Of a stretch of 64,000 nt of DNA, positions 1 to 11,479 are shown piece after piece. Position 1 is the first letter of the stretch; every line of letters begins with the position of its first letter. Below the pieces are notes generated by a model. It was not told where the DNA came from and made no database searches. It was given only the letters and a program-made list of their open reading frames with translations. A program made the position numbers and the translations under genes. This DNA comes from Scyliorhinus canicula (Eukaryota): NCBI RefSeq assembly GCF_902713615.1, contig NC_052158.1, positions 151,793,400-151,857,399 of the forward strand. The letters run 5' to 3'.

Positions 1-271
1 GTACATACAGCTGTTTCTTGATATCGTACAGAGCGAATCAAATTGGCTGAAGACTGGCAGCTGTGTTTCTAGGAACCTCAGGACGATTCTGCGGTGAATC
101 ATCTACTTGATACTTCTGGCTGGAGATGGTTACAAAGATTTGTCTGACACCAGAGTGCTGGATTTTCCCATCATCGAGGATTGTATATTTGTGGAGCCTC
201 CTCCACAAATGAGTTGTTTAATCATCCATTAGTATTCATGACCGGATGTGGCAAGTCGGCAGAATTTAGAT

Positions 272-741
272 TTGTTCACAAGAATGATCCCCGGAATTAA
301 GGACTTGTCATATGAGGAGCGGTTGAGGACTCTGGTTCTGTCCTCGTTGGAGTTTAGAAGGATGAGGGGGGATCTCATTAAAACTTACGGAATACTGAGA
401 GGCCGAGTTAGAGTGAACATGGAGAGGATGTTTCCACTAGTAGGAGAAATTAGAATGCGAGGGCACAGCCTCAGACTGTGAAGCTGCGACAGAGATGAGG
501 AGGAATTTCTTCAGCCAGAGGTTGGTGAATCTGTGGAACTCTTTGCCGCAGAAGGCTGTGGAGGCCAAGTCACTGAGTGTCTTTAAGACAGAAATAGATA
601 TGTTCTTGATTAATAAGATCAGGGGTTATGGGGAGAAGACAGGAGAATGGGGATGAGAAACGTATCAGCCATGATTGAATGATGAAGCAGACTCGCTGGG
701 CTGAATGGCCTAATTCTGCTCCTATATCTTATGGTCTTATG
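272..741 (+). mobile_element. CR1/HER1-type LINE 3' fragment
   Basis: FTRMIPG..LSYEERL..SLEFRRMRGDLI..; tail (cttatggt)n. Confidence 0.9.
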
Positions 742-1332
742 ATTCATTGGCTGTGGGATTGTTAAGTTCTGCCAATTACATGCAGCTTCCACTGTTTAGC
801 ATGTTGCTGTTTCAATAGGTGGACACCTTCTGCGGGATTTTCCATCGGCGGTATCCTCCGCTTCACTAGCAGAGTACCCACACCCCCGTGTTCCCCGACG
901 GCATGGGATGGCCACAATGGGAAACCCCATCGGCCAGTGGAGTGAAGGATATGTTAGGAGGGCAGATTGGGCAGTTGAATACAATTCTGCTGTGACTTTT
1001 GGCCTGCAGGACTAAATAGATGCCCAGTTTAAGCTGTTAATTGATGGAAGTGATTTCAGTCGTAACTTTTAAAAGATGATAATTGCTGGAATAAAATTAT
1101 AATGTAATGGGGATGAGCGTATGAGTGAAACTAATTGGGTGTATCTTCAAATAACTAGCATAAAAACAACAGAAAAATTGGCCTGCAGTTGCCCTGTAAA
1201 GTTCTACGATTTCCACCACCCTTTCTGTGAAGATGTGGCTTTTGACATCACCTCTGAACAGCCTGGTCCTCTTCCACTTACAAAGTAACAACTCATTCAA
1301 CAAAGAAGCACTGATTTTAAGCAGAGACTTAC

Positions 1333-1560
1333 TCTTGTTTTGTTCCCATGCCAAACAACACTATCTTCATTTATCATAAACTGTTTTCCTGTTGCTGCGG
1401 ATGCATCAAAGTAGCCGACCGTTACATGTTCGACCAAGCCATTCTGGTTCTCCTGCCAGTTTATAATATCATAGGATGCAGTGGGATCCCCATTTGGATC
1501 AAAATATACATGCTCTCCAAGGCGGTTTGTAAATCTTACTTCTTTCAAATGCTGGAATAG
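1333..1560 (-). CDS. Gene A exon 4
   Basis: ctccaag|LFQHLKEVRFTNRLGEHVYFDPNGDP..WHGNKTR|gtaagt; 228 nt. Confidence 0.93.
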
Positions 1561-4500
1561 CTTGGAGGAGCGGTCAGAAAGAGGAGATTAGTTATTTAAA
1601 ACATTTAAGGTATATTAAGATATGCATTTCAAGACTTTCAAAAAAAAAAATCAGTTTTTTTCTTTAAAAAAAGCAGCAATGACAGTAATTTCCACTGTAA
1701 AGAACTGTATACTACATGTATATGTTTTTGACATGTATCTTCATTCCTACTCGACCCAAGTGGATACCGAGGGCTCCAACTTGTGCAGATGTAGGCTTCC
1801 ATGATATTAAACACTCTTCTGCAGTTTCACCGAATGTTTATTCTATATATGTGAGTTTTTACAGTGATTGTCATTGAGCTATTTGATTATAGTGAGATCA
1901 CAATGAAACCCAATTCTGTCCCCATTCAATGTGCACATCAAAGCATTATTCCATACAGAAAGAAAGGGCAGAAGCCCTGGCTGTTTACCTCCTCCTAACC
2001 ACTCAGTAAATGCCATTCCTGCTCAGATGATTAAACACACCATGGCGCAGAAATTGATTCAGTGTCTTGCCAATGTTTTTACATCTTTCCGCAATGGGTG
2101 GCTTGTTTATGTGCTGTCGGCTTTATATATTATGCATTATGAATCCATAAATCTGGGTTGGGTTGGGGCATACATATATTTTTTTAAATGGTGACACATT
2201 GGCAATATAACTTCTTTATATATATATGAAATTCTAATTTGCAATGAAGCATCCTAACAATGCATGCCATGAGTACCGTTTATAGCTCTGTATATTTGAG
2301 ATCAGAATTGTTAAATTCAGCATTAAAGCGCTGGTTGGAACATTCCTCTTACCTGCCATGGCTTGATGTTTGAAACATTAGCACAAAGATAAGGTCCCAT
2401 TGGTTCATCTTCACAAAATAGCAGGCTGTGGAGTCCATGAGCAATGGCATAGACTGCTTTGTAGACATTGTAGGAAACTCTCAACTGAGTGACATCAAAG
2501 AAGGAGTCATTAGCCTTGAGTAAGTTTTCATGCCCTGTGCATTGCTTGGTACTGAGCACAGATATGCCCCTGTTAAATGTGCAACCAAACATTGCTTCCC
2601 AGAAAGCATTTACAAAACCGCCAGTAGAATATGCTGTCGGGCGTAGACTCATCAGAAAATGTTTCAATTCTGGTATTGCCATTTTGTGACTTGCAAATCC
2701 AATTGTTCCCCCGAGAGATTTGAAATTGTGTTTTGTGGAGGGTCTTGTCGCTGTAATCCAAGCTTCGCTGGCTATCCACTGAATGCCAGTGATATTCTGA
2801 TGGACTATTTCCTTCAGCAAAGGGTAAAGGTCACCCTCGGAAGCAAAAGCCAAGATAACCTTTGCAGTGGACAATTTTATGACATCTACAATCTTCAATA
2901 TTCTTTCTTGAGGATACGTTCTGAGAACAATTTCTGAGAAAGCGATACAGACTCCAGCTTGTTCAACAAGCTCTCGAAATGCTTGAATTCCATATCGACC
3001 ATATTCATTGTCACCTCCAATGGTCCCAATCCAAGTCCAGCCAAAATGTTCTACAAGCTGAGCTAAAGCCTTGGCCTGAAACAAATCGCTTGGTACAGTT
3101 CTGAAAAATGTAGGATATTCTTGTTTGTTGCTTAAACATGCACAAGTAGAAAAATAGCTGACCTGCAAATGTTTTGAGAAAAATGAAAGTAAGTGATTGT
3201 GAAATGTAATCTTCTTTTGTGACATGGGCAATTAACAAGAGCGCTTTCTTTTAGCATCTTGAAGAAAGGTGTGGTTGCAGGTAACAGTGACAGTGCATTC
3301 AATTCAAGCAAAATCTAAATCTGTTTCTCAATTGAATGGAGATCAAGGGGTACTTGTAATATCAATCAGAATAAAAGTGGTCCCGCAGACAATACTTAGG
3401 ATGGCCAAGAGTGTCACAACAATGTTTGAATGATTTCCCCTAATAATCTCAGTTTTGACCCAGGAGTTTTGCCTCCACAGGAGATTAAATGGTTCTGGCT
3501 GAGTTGGAAAGTCTACATATTGCTAGGAAGACAGTTGGATGGTCCTGTAGGTCTTTTTAATCGATTAATATAAATGGATGAAAATTTATGTGGGCTCCAT
3601 TCCTGCTTGCACTCCCCCATATAATATTCATGTATTCCCTGTAGCCAGGAGATCAAATAACTATAATTGCAGGAGGAGGAAAGTTGTTCATCTGCAAAGC
3701 AGGGAGCTGCTCAACCTTTGATCAAAGCTGAGTTTAAAAAGTACAAAATACCCCCCAACTAATTTGAAAGTTATCTTTGATAGGCCATATTTATACCTTA
3801 CTGCTCTCAATTCCAACCTGCTTAATTCAAACTATATATTTGATCACCTCCAATCAGGTCTCTATCTCTGTGCCTATTCTGAAATGGTCCTTATTAAAAT
3901 CACAAATAAATTCAATGTAACCATGGTCAAAGTCAACTATCCCTCCTCACCTTCCTTGCAACCCCTGACACAGCTAACAATGCCATCCTCCAACACCTCT
4001 CCTCCATCATCCAACTGCATGGAGATCACTCCAGCCTGGTGTCAGTCATATATTTTTAGTGATAATCAGAGAATCATTTGCAATGGTTTCTCTTCTAGGA
4101 ACTTCACAATTATCTCTGAACTCTTACAATCATCTATGCTAGGCTCCCTCCTATTTTGCATTTACATACTTTACCTCAGCAATATCATCCAAAAACACAT
4201 CACGTTCCACATGTGCACCCACCTCCCTCTATCTCGACATTACATCTCTCGGCCCCTACAATGTTTCTGATTTGTCCATGATTACTCAACATCCATAACT
4301 GGATGAGGGTAAATTTCCTCCAGCTAAATATTGGGAGGAGAGAAGCCATTATTTTTGATTTCTATCATAATCTGTTCCCTGATGAATTACCCCATCATTT
4401 TCCCAGTAATCCTGACCAGGCCCCATGTATCCTTGACATAATATTTGACACCAAGGTAAGGTCTTCATGTCATAGGCACTCCTTCACCAACACCTCCTAC

Positions 4501-7053
4501 TCCCCCTTTCATAACATTACCCAACTCTGCCCTGTTAGCACTGTTGCTTCACAGCGCCAGGATCCCAGGTTCGATTCCTGGCCTGGGTCACTGTGCAGAG
4601 CCTGCACGTTCTCCCAGTGTCTGTATGGGTTTCCTCCGGGTGCTCCGGTTTTCTACCACAGTCCAAAGATGTGCAGGTTTTTTGGATTGGCCATGCTAAA
4701 TTGCCCTTAGTATCCACAAAGGTTAGGTCAGGTTACTGGGATAGGGTGGAGGTGGGGGCTTAAGCATGGTGTTTTGGGGCAGCACTGTGGCGCAGTGGGT
4801 TAGCCCTGTAGCCTCACGGCACCGAGGTCCCAGGTTTGATCCTGACTCTGGGTCACTGTCTGTGTGGAGTTTGCACATTCTCCCTGTGGTTGAGTGGGTT
4901 TCGCCCCCACAACCCAAAGATGTGCAGGCTAGGTGGTTTTGCCATGCTAAATTGCCCTTTAATTGAAAAAAATGAATTGGGTACTCTAAATTTATATTTA
5001 AAAAAGTATGGTGTTCTTTCCAAGAGCCAGTGCAGACCCGATGGGCCGAATAGCCTCCTTCTGCACTGCAAATTCTATGATTTTGATGCTATATTGTTTG
5101 ATGGGAGAATGCAGAACCCCCGGAAGGAGATGGAGGGAGGATGAAATGATCTTCCAATTGGAGCTTGGCCATTCGTGGAAAATGCCAGGAAGCACATTTC
5201 TACACAAGCAGTGGGGGGAACCTAGAATTCTCTCCCCAGAAAACTGTTGAAATGAGGGATCAATTGAATTTTTTAAATGCAGATTATTGGTAAGCAAGGA
5301 ACCAAGGTGAATGGATTGAGTTAAGATATAGAGTCCTCTTGGTCTGATTGAATGGTGCAATGCACCTAATAATGATAATCTTTATTATTGTCACAAATAG
5401 GCTTACATTAAGACTGCAATGAAGTTACTGTGAAAGTTACTTAGTGGCCATATTCCGGCACATGTTTGAGTACACGGAGGGAGAATTCAGAATGTCCAAT
5501 TCATCTAACAGCACATCATTCGGGACTTGTGGGAGGAAAGGAGAGCACCCGGAGGAAACCCACGCAAACACGGGGAGAATGTGCAGACTCCGCACAGACA
5601 GTGACCCAAGCAGGGAATCGAACCTGGGACCCTGGCATTGTGAAGCAACAGTGCTAACCACTGTGCTACCGTGCTGCCCTTGCTCCTTTACTGATACTGT
5701 GGTGCTTGATGGGCTTTAGAACTGGTTAATATTATATTCATGCAATTACATATCTATTTAAAAAAAACATTTTTTTACTGAATTACCTTACCATTGAAAT
5801 TCCAAATGATGCGACAGCCCTTGCTATGGTTATTGACTGCGATGATCCAGACTCTCCAATTATGGCTGGGATAGGAGAATCCGCTTTGCAATTAAACTCT
5901 GGAATATGTTTTTCTTGTCCGTTCATCAGTGTCAGGGCTGCTTTGAGGGCTTGAGATGGCGAAGCACAGGAATCGTGGATCCTGTAGCCCAGCGTGATAT
6001 TTGGAAGGATGGTCGGATCCTGGTTTATCTCCTTTATTGCAAAGATCATGACCTGTGTCCAGCGGAATGCTCTGAGATCAAAACTGCAGGATAACAGCGA
6101 CAGTATGTGCACACAATTTAATTACACCTTTTCAACGAATTGCATTGGTAAGAGTTTCACAGAACGAAGGGAAAGGGCAACGAAAGAGCGGTTGGATAAA
6201 ATTATGACTTGTTGGGCAGCTGGTTGATATGTTCCTCATCCCCATTCTCCTGCCTTTTCCCCTGATCCCCTCACTAATCAAGAAATCCTCTTGTTAATCA
6301 AGAACACCAGATTTGTGCTTGAGGTGCTGTTACCTACAGGGCTACAGACCAAGAGCTGGAAAGTGGAATTAGACAGAATTGTTGTGAGCAGCATAATCAA
6401 AAACACCTCCCATCAGGCTTATTCACTCTTCCAACCTCTTCCATCGGGCAGGAGTTACTAAAGTTTGAGAAAAGTTTAATGCAATGGTTAGCACAACCAT
6501 TGAATTAAAAAACTAAAAATAAATGATTAAAGTGATACTTTAAGATTGCGGTGCTTCAAACTAAACGCAGTCAAGTTTGCAGGTGAGAATAACTATTTTG
6601 GGTTGGGACATAAATACGATGTAAAGTCAACCTCTAATGGAAAAGTTTAACAATTTCTAGTTCATAATTCGGATCCTGAGGTCTGGAAACTAAAACGAAT
6701 TTGAGCAAACCGATGAAGAAAACAGATTACATCTGAAGACCTCAGCAGTAATTGCTCAAGGTCGATAGGACGAGAAGACTTCTGCACTGATCGAATGTTC
6801 TCCTGAGCTTGAAAAGTAACCACAAATACTAAACAAAGTCTCACCTGACACACTCTGAACGTGCTGGTGTGGTTTTAAATGAATTATTTCCTTCTAATTC
6901 TTTATTGTAGATGGGAAATACCCCACCAATAATGATGTCCCCATCCTCCGACAGTCCTGGCAAGTGAAATTCTCCAAAAAGTTTACACGTGGAGTCTCCT
7001 GCTCCCAGTAAGGGGAACGCGACGCAAACAACGCATTGTAACAAGTGAGGCAT
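1333..7053 (-). CDS. Gene A: V2R/OlfC-type (CaSR-like) class C GPCR, 5' part only; join(7053..6845,6083..5792,3162..2353,1560..1333); exons 5-6 lie beyond the left edge
   Basis: Signal peptide plus Venus-flytrap motifs ([90 protein letters not shown]). GT-AG boundaries and phases 2/0/0/0 match genes B and C. Confidence 0.93.
2353..3162 (-). CDS. Gene A exon 3
   Basis: ttgcag|[13 protein letters not shown]...IKPWQ|gtaaga; 810 nt, open frame (within ORF 2323..3231). Confidence 0.95.
3770..4533 (+). mobile_element. Degraded L2-type LINE RT fragment
   Basis: LQSG..SEMVLIKITN.. and QSSMLGSLLF.IY resemble L2 RT motifs; many frameshifts. Confidence 0.65.
4534..5085 (+). mobile_element. HE1-like V-SINE (CR1-type tail) with a second V-SINE nested at 4776-5005
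   Basis: tRNA-like head + V-domain (ggtcactgtctgtgtggagtttgcacattctccc..); nested copy flanked by TSD atggtgtt (4766-4773 / 5008-5015). Confidence 0.88.
5367..5679 (-). mobile_element. HE1-like V-SINE, tail type B (..cacagtaacttcattgcagt..tgtgacaataaagattatt)
   Basis: Shared head and V-domain; (ATT)n end. Confidence 0.85.
5792..6083 (-). CDS. Gene A exon 2
   Basis: cctgcag|T TTT GAT..; FDLRAFRWTQVMIFAIKEIN..GESGSSQS..GISM|gtaagg; 292 nt. Confidence 0.93.
6221..6471. repeat. Inverted duplication, arm 1 (partner 8743-8981)
   Basis: Reverse complement of 8743-8981 including the same junctions between unrelated repeat pieces. Confidence 0.88.
6845..7053 (-). CDS. Gene A exon 1 (signal peptide, start of VFT)
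   Basis: ATG at 7053, MPHLLQCVVCVAFPLLGAG..DGDIIIGGVFPI; ends CV-AG|gtgag (phase 2, 209 nt). Confidence 0.9.
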
Positions 7054-7116
7054 CACAGTGCGCAGCGAGTCACCGCGAGTTCTTCCTTCTGTCAGGCAAA
7101 GAGTATCAATTTGCCC

Positions 7117-7186
7117 TTTATAAAGTTCTATGACGCCCACAATGTTGATTACAGCGAGTTAATTGAGTTGAACTAATTTCCAGAAG
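7117..7186 (-). promoter_or_regulatory. Gene A proximal promoter: TATAAA (7122-7117), homeodomain-like TAATTG (~7160), O/E-like YYYCARRRR (7178-7186)
   Basis: Motifs read directly, 64-135 nt upstream of the ATG; function inferred. Confidence 0.55.
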
Positions 7187-7608
7187 TCCCCAAACGATTG
7201 TGCAATTGTTATTTTACATTAATCTCTGAATGATGAGTGTAGAGGGGTTGTCAAAATATCATCCCAGTTAAACCTGGTCCCTCAAGTGATGTTCTCAGTT
7301 GTGGCACTCACACGGATGGCAAATTAGACCCTACCTAGTTCCTTCAATTAAACATTTTTGATTAACGGTGTTTGACTGGATCTAATTAAGTATGCAGCAA
7401 TGTTTTGCAGATCTATTCTATTACTTAGCAGACTTTTCTCTCCCGGTTTTAGGTGGTGAGTAGGTCAGTTTTGACCCAGTGATAGAACTCCGACCGCGAA
7501 ATCTCTCTGGTGTGCAGTTTCAGGCTCTCTTCAAACACTTGGACACATCATGGACTCTGCCATTGGATGCAGTACTGAGGGTTGTTGTGGAGGTCAAGAA
7601 AGATGAAA

Positions 7609-7797
7609 GATGAAAATCGCGTAGTGTCACACGTAGGCTTCAAATGAAGTTACTGTGAAAATCCCCTAGTCACCACATTCCAGCGCCTGTTCGGGGAGGC
7701 TGATACGGGAATCGAACTGTGCTGCTGGCCTGCCTTGGTCTGCTTTCAAAGCCAGCGATTTAACCCTGTGCTAAACAGCCCCTGCTGTGCTAAACAC
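7609..7797 (-). mobile_element. Short tRNA-derived SINE with a different head, no V-domain, tail type B
   Basis: Reverse complement: ggggctgtttagcacagg..gttcgattccc.. then ccgaacaggcgctggaatgtggtgactaggggattttcacagtaacttcatt. Confidence 0.7.
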
Positions 7798-7949
7798 CCT
7801 GAAGGTGCTGGAGGTGAAATTAATCTTGAGTGATAGCACAAAACTGGTGATAGCAAATTGGCAGCGTACTTTGCACCTCAACCGGACATTATCTTTTATT
7901 CATCTTCAGTAAGAAAATAAAAGATTTGGTGTGAATGCAGCGAATATTT

Positions 7950-8475
7950 ACTCGAATGGTACCAGCAATGAGAGACTTTGGTCATGTGGAGAGATTAGAG
8001 AAGCTTGGGTTATTTCTCCTGGAGCCGAGAAGGTTAACGGGATATTTAACAAGGAAGATCAAAATTATGAAGGAATTATATGAAGTAAATAGGGAGAAGC
8101 TTTATTCCTGAGAGGCAGGAAGGTCCTTAACCAAGGGAGGCAGATTTCTGATAATTGGGAGCGGAGTCGGTGTGAGATCAGAGGGTTGTTTTGTGCAGCG
8201 AGGTGTTATGATCTGGAATGAAAGGGCAGTGGAAGCAGGTTCCTTGATAACTTTCAGAAGACAATTGGATAAATACGTGACTAGGAGAACATTTCCTGAC
8301 TGTGGTGAAAGAGCAGATGAATGGGCCTAAGTGGATCATATGCACTGGAACCATAGACCAGAACGGACAGGACGATGGAGTTGAGGCCATGATGAGATCA
8401 GCCATGATCATATTGAACAATGGAGCAGGCTCGAGAGGCTGAATTGCCTCCTGCTCCTAGTTCTTGTGTTCTAAG
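7950..8475 (+). mobile_element. Old CR1 LINE 3' fragment
   Basis: Degraded EERLEKLGLFLLE..RLxGDL motif and CR1 3' UTR. Confidence 0.7.
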
Positions 8476-8826
8476 ATTGGATTGGATTGGATTTGTTTAT
8501 TGTCACGGGTACCGAGGTTCTGCGTACAGTCCAGACAGATCATTCTGTACATGAAAAAAACATAGGGCATACGATAAATACACAATGTAAACGCAGAGAC
8601 ACAGGCATTGTGTGAAGCATACAGGAGTGCCATTCCAATCAGTAGACAAGATGTGTGAAGAGATCAGATCAGTCCACAAGAGGGTCATTTAGCAGTCTGG
8701 TAACTACAAGGAAGAAGCTGTTTTTGAATCTGTTAGTGCGTGTTCTCAAACTGTAACTCCTGCCCGATGGAAGAGATTGGAAGAGTGAATAAGCCTGGTT
8801 GGAGGTGTTTTTGATTATGCTGCTCA
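8476..8826 (-). mobile_element. Rex1/Babar-like LINE 3' end
   Basis: (CAATC)n tail; homologous to 12060-12586. Confidence 0.7.
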
Positions 8827-8981
8827 CAACAATTCCATCTAATTCCACTTTCCAGCTCTTGTCTGGAGCCCTGTAGGTAACAGCACCTCAAGCACAAATG
8901 TAGTGTTCTTGATTAACAAGAGGATTTCTTGATTAGTGAGGGGAAAAGGCAGGAGAATGGGGATGAGGAATATATCAACCA
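8743..8981. repeat. Inverted duplication, arm 2 (partner 6221-6471)
   Basis: See arm 1; embedded in a longer Rex1-like + CR1 composite (8476-9046). Confidence 0.88.
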
Positions 8982-9376
8982 TGATCGAATGGCAGAACAT
9001 ACTCAATTGGCCAAATGGCATAACTTTGCTCCTATATCTTATGGTTTCTACCTTGATGAGATTTGAACCTGGGAACCCCAGATCATGGCTCTAGGTTTGT
9101 GGTTTAATTAGTTCAGTGACCTGTACCATTAGACCACAGGAGGAGGTTGAAAAATGTTTAAATGTCAATTTAAAAGGCAATTCGGCTAATTACTCTCCTA
9201 ACTGCAATAATACGCTCAGAATACAATAATACGCCTGCAGGGTGAGATTTACAACAGATGCGGAATCCATTTTTAAGGGCAGTTTATTTGGGTGGGTTTT
9301 AAATCTTCTGCATCTGAGATCAGAGTCTGACCTTTTCACCTCAAACTATATTGGCCTCAGGGACTGCTCTTTAGAG

Positions 9377-9965
9377 CAGGCATTGTCAAACACGGGGGCA
9401 CCACCCGCAGGTGGGTCACGGGCGGGTGTCGGGAGGGTCGCAGAGGCGTCCATCGTGCCGCTCCAGACCACACAAATCTGCACGAAACAGCCGCAGCAGC
9501 CGGCTGTTAATAACGCCGGCTGAAAGCAGCCTTCAAAATGGCCAAATGTAAACAAAATGCGGCCGCACTGCGCATGCGCGCTGATGATCAGGCGTGCATG
9601 CGCAGTGCAGCCTCTTTTTTGTTTAAACGGGCGCAGCTTTTTGTTTTACAAGTTTAGGGGGGGGGTTATTTGATAACATTTTACAGGAAAAAATTCAGAA
9701 CTTTGGACAGATGGAGACTCCATACTTTCCGACACCGGAAGGCTTCACCTTCATCCAACAGGTTCCATTGGAGGAGCGCGTATGAGGGCCAAAGGGACCC
9801 AAAACCATTTCCTCCATTTTTGTCAGCAGCAAACAAGGTAAGAGAAAATGGTGGGTTGCGCAGGTCGGCCGGCGTGGGTCGCGAAGGTCGGTCGGCCGGG
9901 TTGGGTCCCAAAGGTTGGACGGTTGGTAAAAATGGGTCTCCAGAAAAAAAGTTTGAAGAACACTG
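9377..9965 (+). mobile_element. Non-autonomous hAT (Charlie/Buster-like) element
   Basis: Termini caggcattgtcaaac / gtttgaagaacactg; 8-bp flanks ctttagag and tattagag; right end is the inverted counterpart of 9974-10110. Confidence 0.8.
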
Positions 9966-9973
9966 TATTAGAG

Positions 9974-11166
9974 CAGTGTTTTTCAAACTTTTTTTCCTGG
10001 GACCCACTTTTGCCAACCAGCTGACCTTTGGGACCCAAGCCAGCAAAGCTTTGCGGATCGTGTCGGTCGACCTTCGTGACCCATGCCGGTCGACATTAGC
10101 GACCCTCAGCGGCTGACCTTCGCAGCATACGCCACGTGTGCTTACCTTTAATGCAAAAGGGGATCCTGCTTGGTCCTGATTATATCAATCCACTCAGGTT
10201 CACATGAGGAGAGGGCAATGCACATTTCAGTCGCAAACTTCAGGCAGTTCCTTCATGCCATCTACATCTTTGTGAAAACAGAAAATCCAATCTCGCACAT
10301 ATAGGTCGTTGTGAAGGGCAATAGCAACAAAATGTTTGTTTTACTCAGAACTGGATTCTCCTGAGAGATGCTACTCCTGAATGCTAAGAGCCTCATGGGC
10401 TTATGGAGTGTTTTTAATGTGCTATCGCCACGTACAGCAGCGCAGTTGGAGTCAGCAGTAAGTGAATAACTGACTGGGGTCTTAACCTCAAAAGGAATTT
10501 TTAACCCATCACTTCACTTTAAAAATCTTAATCTTCTCCTCTCATTTACCAATACTTCCGTGCAAATAATGCAGCCATACGTGCAATGGCACAGTTGGCA
10601 AAACCACAACTCAAAAAATCATCTTTGTACTGCTTTGTTCCCAAGTTAAGTTGCTTCTTTCTAGGCTGTTAACCAAAGGCATATTGCTCTGTACAGAGCT
10701 AACACTAACACTGTGCTGTCCTGCCCTGGACTCTCTGAACAGCTCTCTCCAGCAGAGTCAGTTGTGAGATCCTGTCCAGTAGGTACTCTGCATATTTCTA
10801 TCACTGGCCGCCTCTTACTTGTAAGAACATGATTCATCTTCATAGTCTTCTAGCCTTGCTTGCTAGAAAATGGAAGAAGCCCTCATCTGTGATTTGGTGG
10901 CAAAAGCATGTACATAGAAGGCACTTGACATCAAATCTACATACAGGGCACGCAACATGCTCACTACTGCTGGTTATTGTCGGAAGACTGCACAAAGCCT
11001 CATTTCTTCTCATTTAAAAGGTGGCAGTGGCCACCAATCTCAAGAAAATGCCAGTTGCAGCCATTGGGCACTTTACTCGTGATCAGGACTGCTGTTGGAA
11101 CCCCATATCCGATCACTCCACGGCACTCGCAGCACCCACCCGAGACCCATGCTTTGGAAAACCTTG
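9974..11166 (-). mobile_element. Internally deleted hAT (Charlie/Buster-like) transposon with transposase remnants
   Basis: Termini cagtgtttttcaaac / tttggaaaaccttg; flanks tattagag and cattagag. - strand 10150-10380 reads ..ENPVLSKTNILLLLPFTTTYMCEIGFSVFTKM*MA*RNCL..IALSSCEP..KQ..H* (hAT dimerisation domain with stops); KQYKDDFLSCGF near 10600. Confidence 0.88.
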
Positions 11167-11479
11167 CATTAGAGTGAGCAGAGGAAACGTTTTGGAAATT
11201 TTCCATCAGAAGAAATCTCCTCTAATTCAGTGGGGTCTTTTCATTGATCATTGAATATTCTCCTGTCCATAACCCAGGAGTAAGAACCCAGAGATAGATG
11301 GGGATTGCTGTCTCATTTGGAGACGCAACCTCCAGCAAGGAAAAGGATTTGTCAGAGGAGGAGGAGAGCTGGGGTGAGAAGAAAAGGGAAATATAGGGAG
11401 GTTCAAGATGCTGTGATTCCTGTGGAAGGAGACAGAACAGCACCAAATACCAACTGTTAGGAGGAGTCCAGGAACCCTG

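Noticed and set aside
4776-4860. tRNA-like A/B boxes at SINE heads
   Set aside because: Continue directly into SINE body and tail; not tRNA genes
7054-7140. Upstream in-frame extension of gene A exon 1 (ORF start 7140)
   Set aside because: Non-ATG start that spans the TATA box; ATG 7053 gives a normal signal peptide
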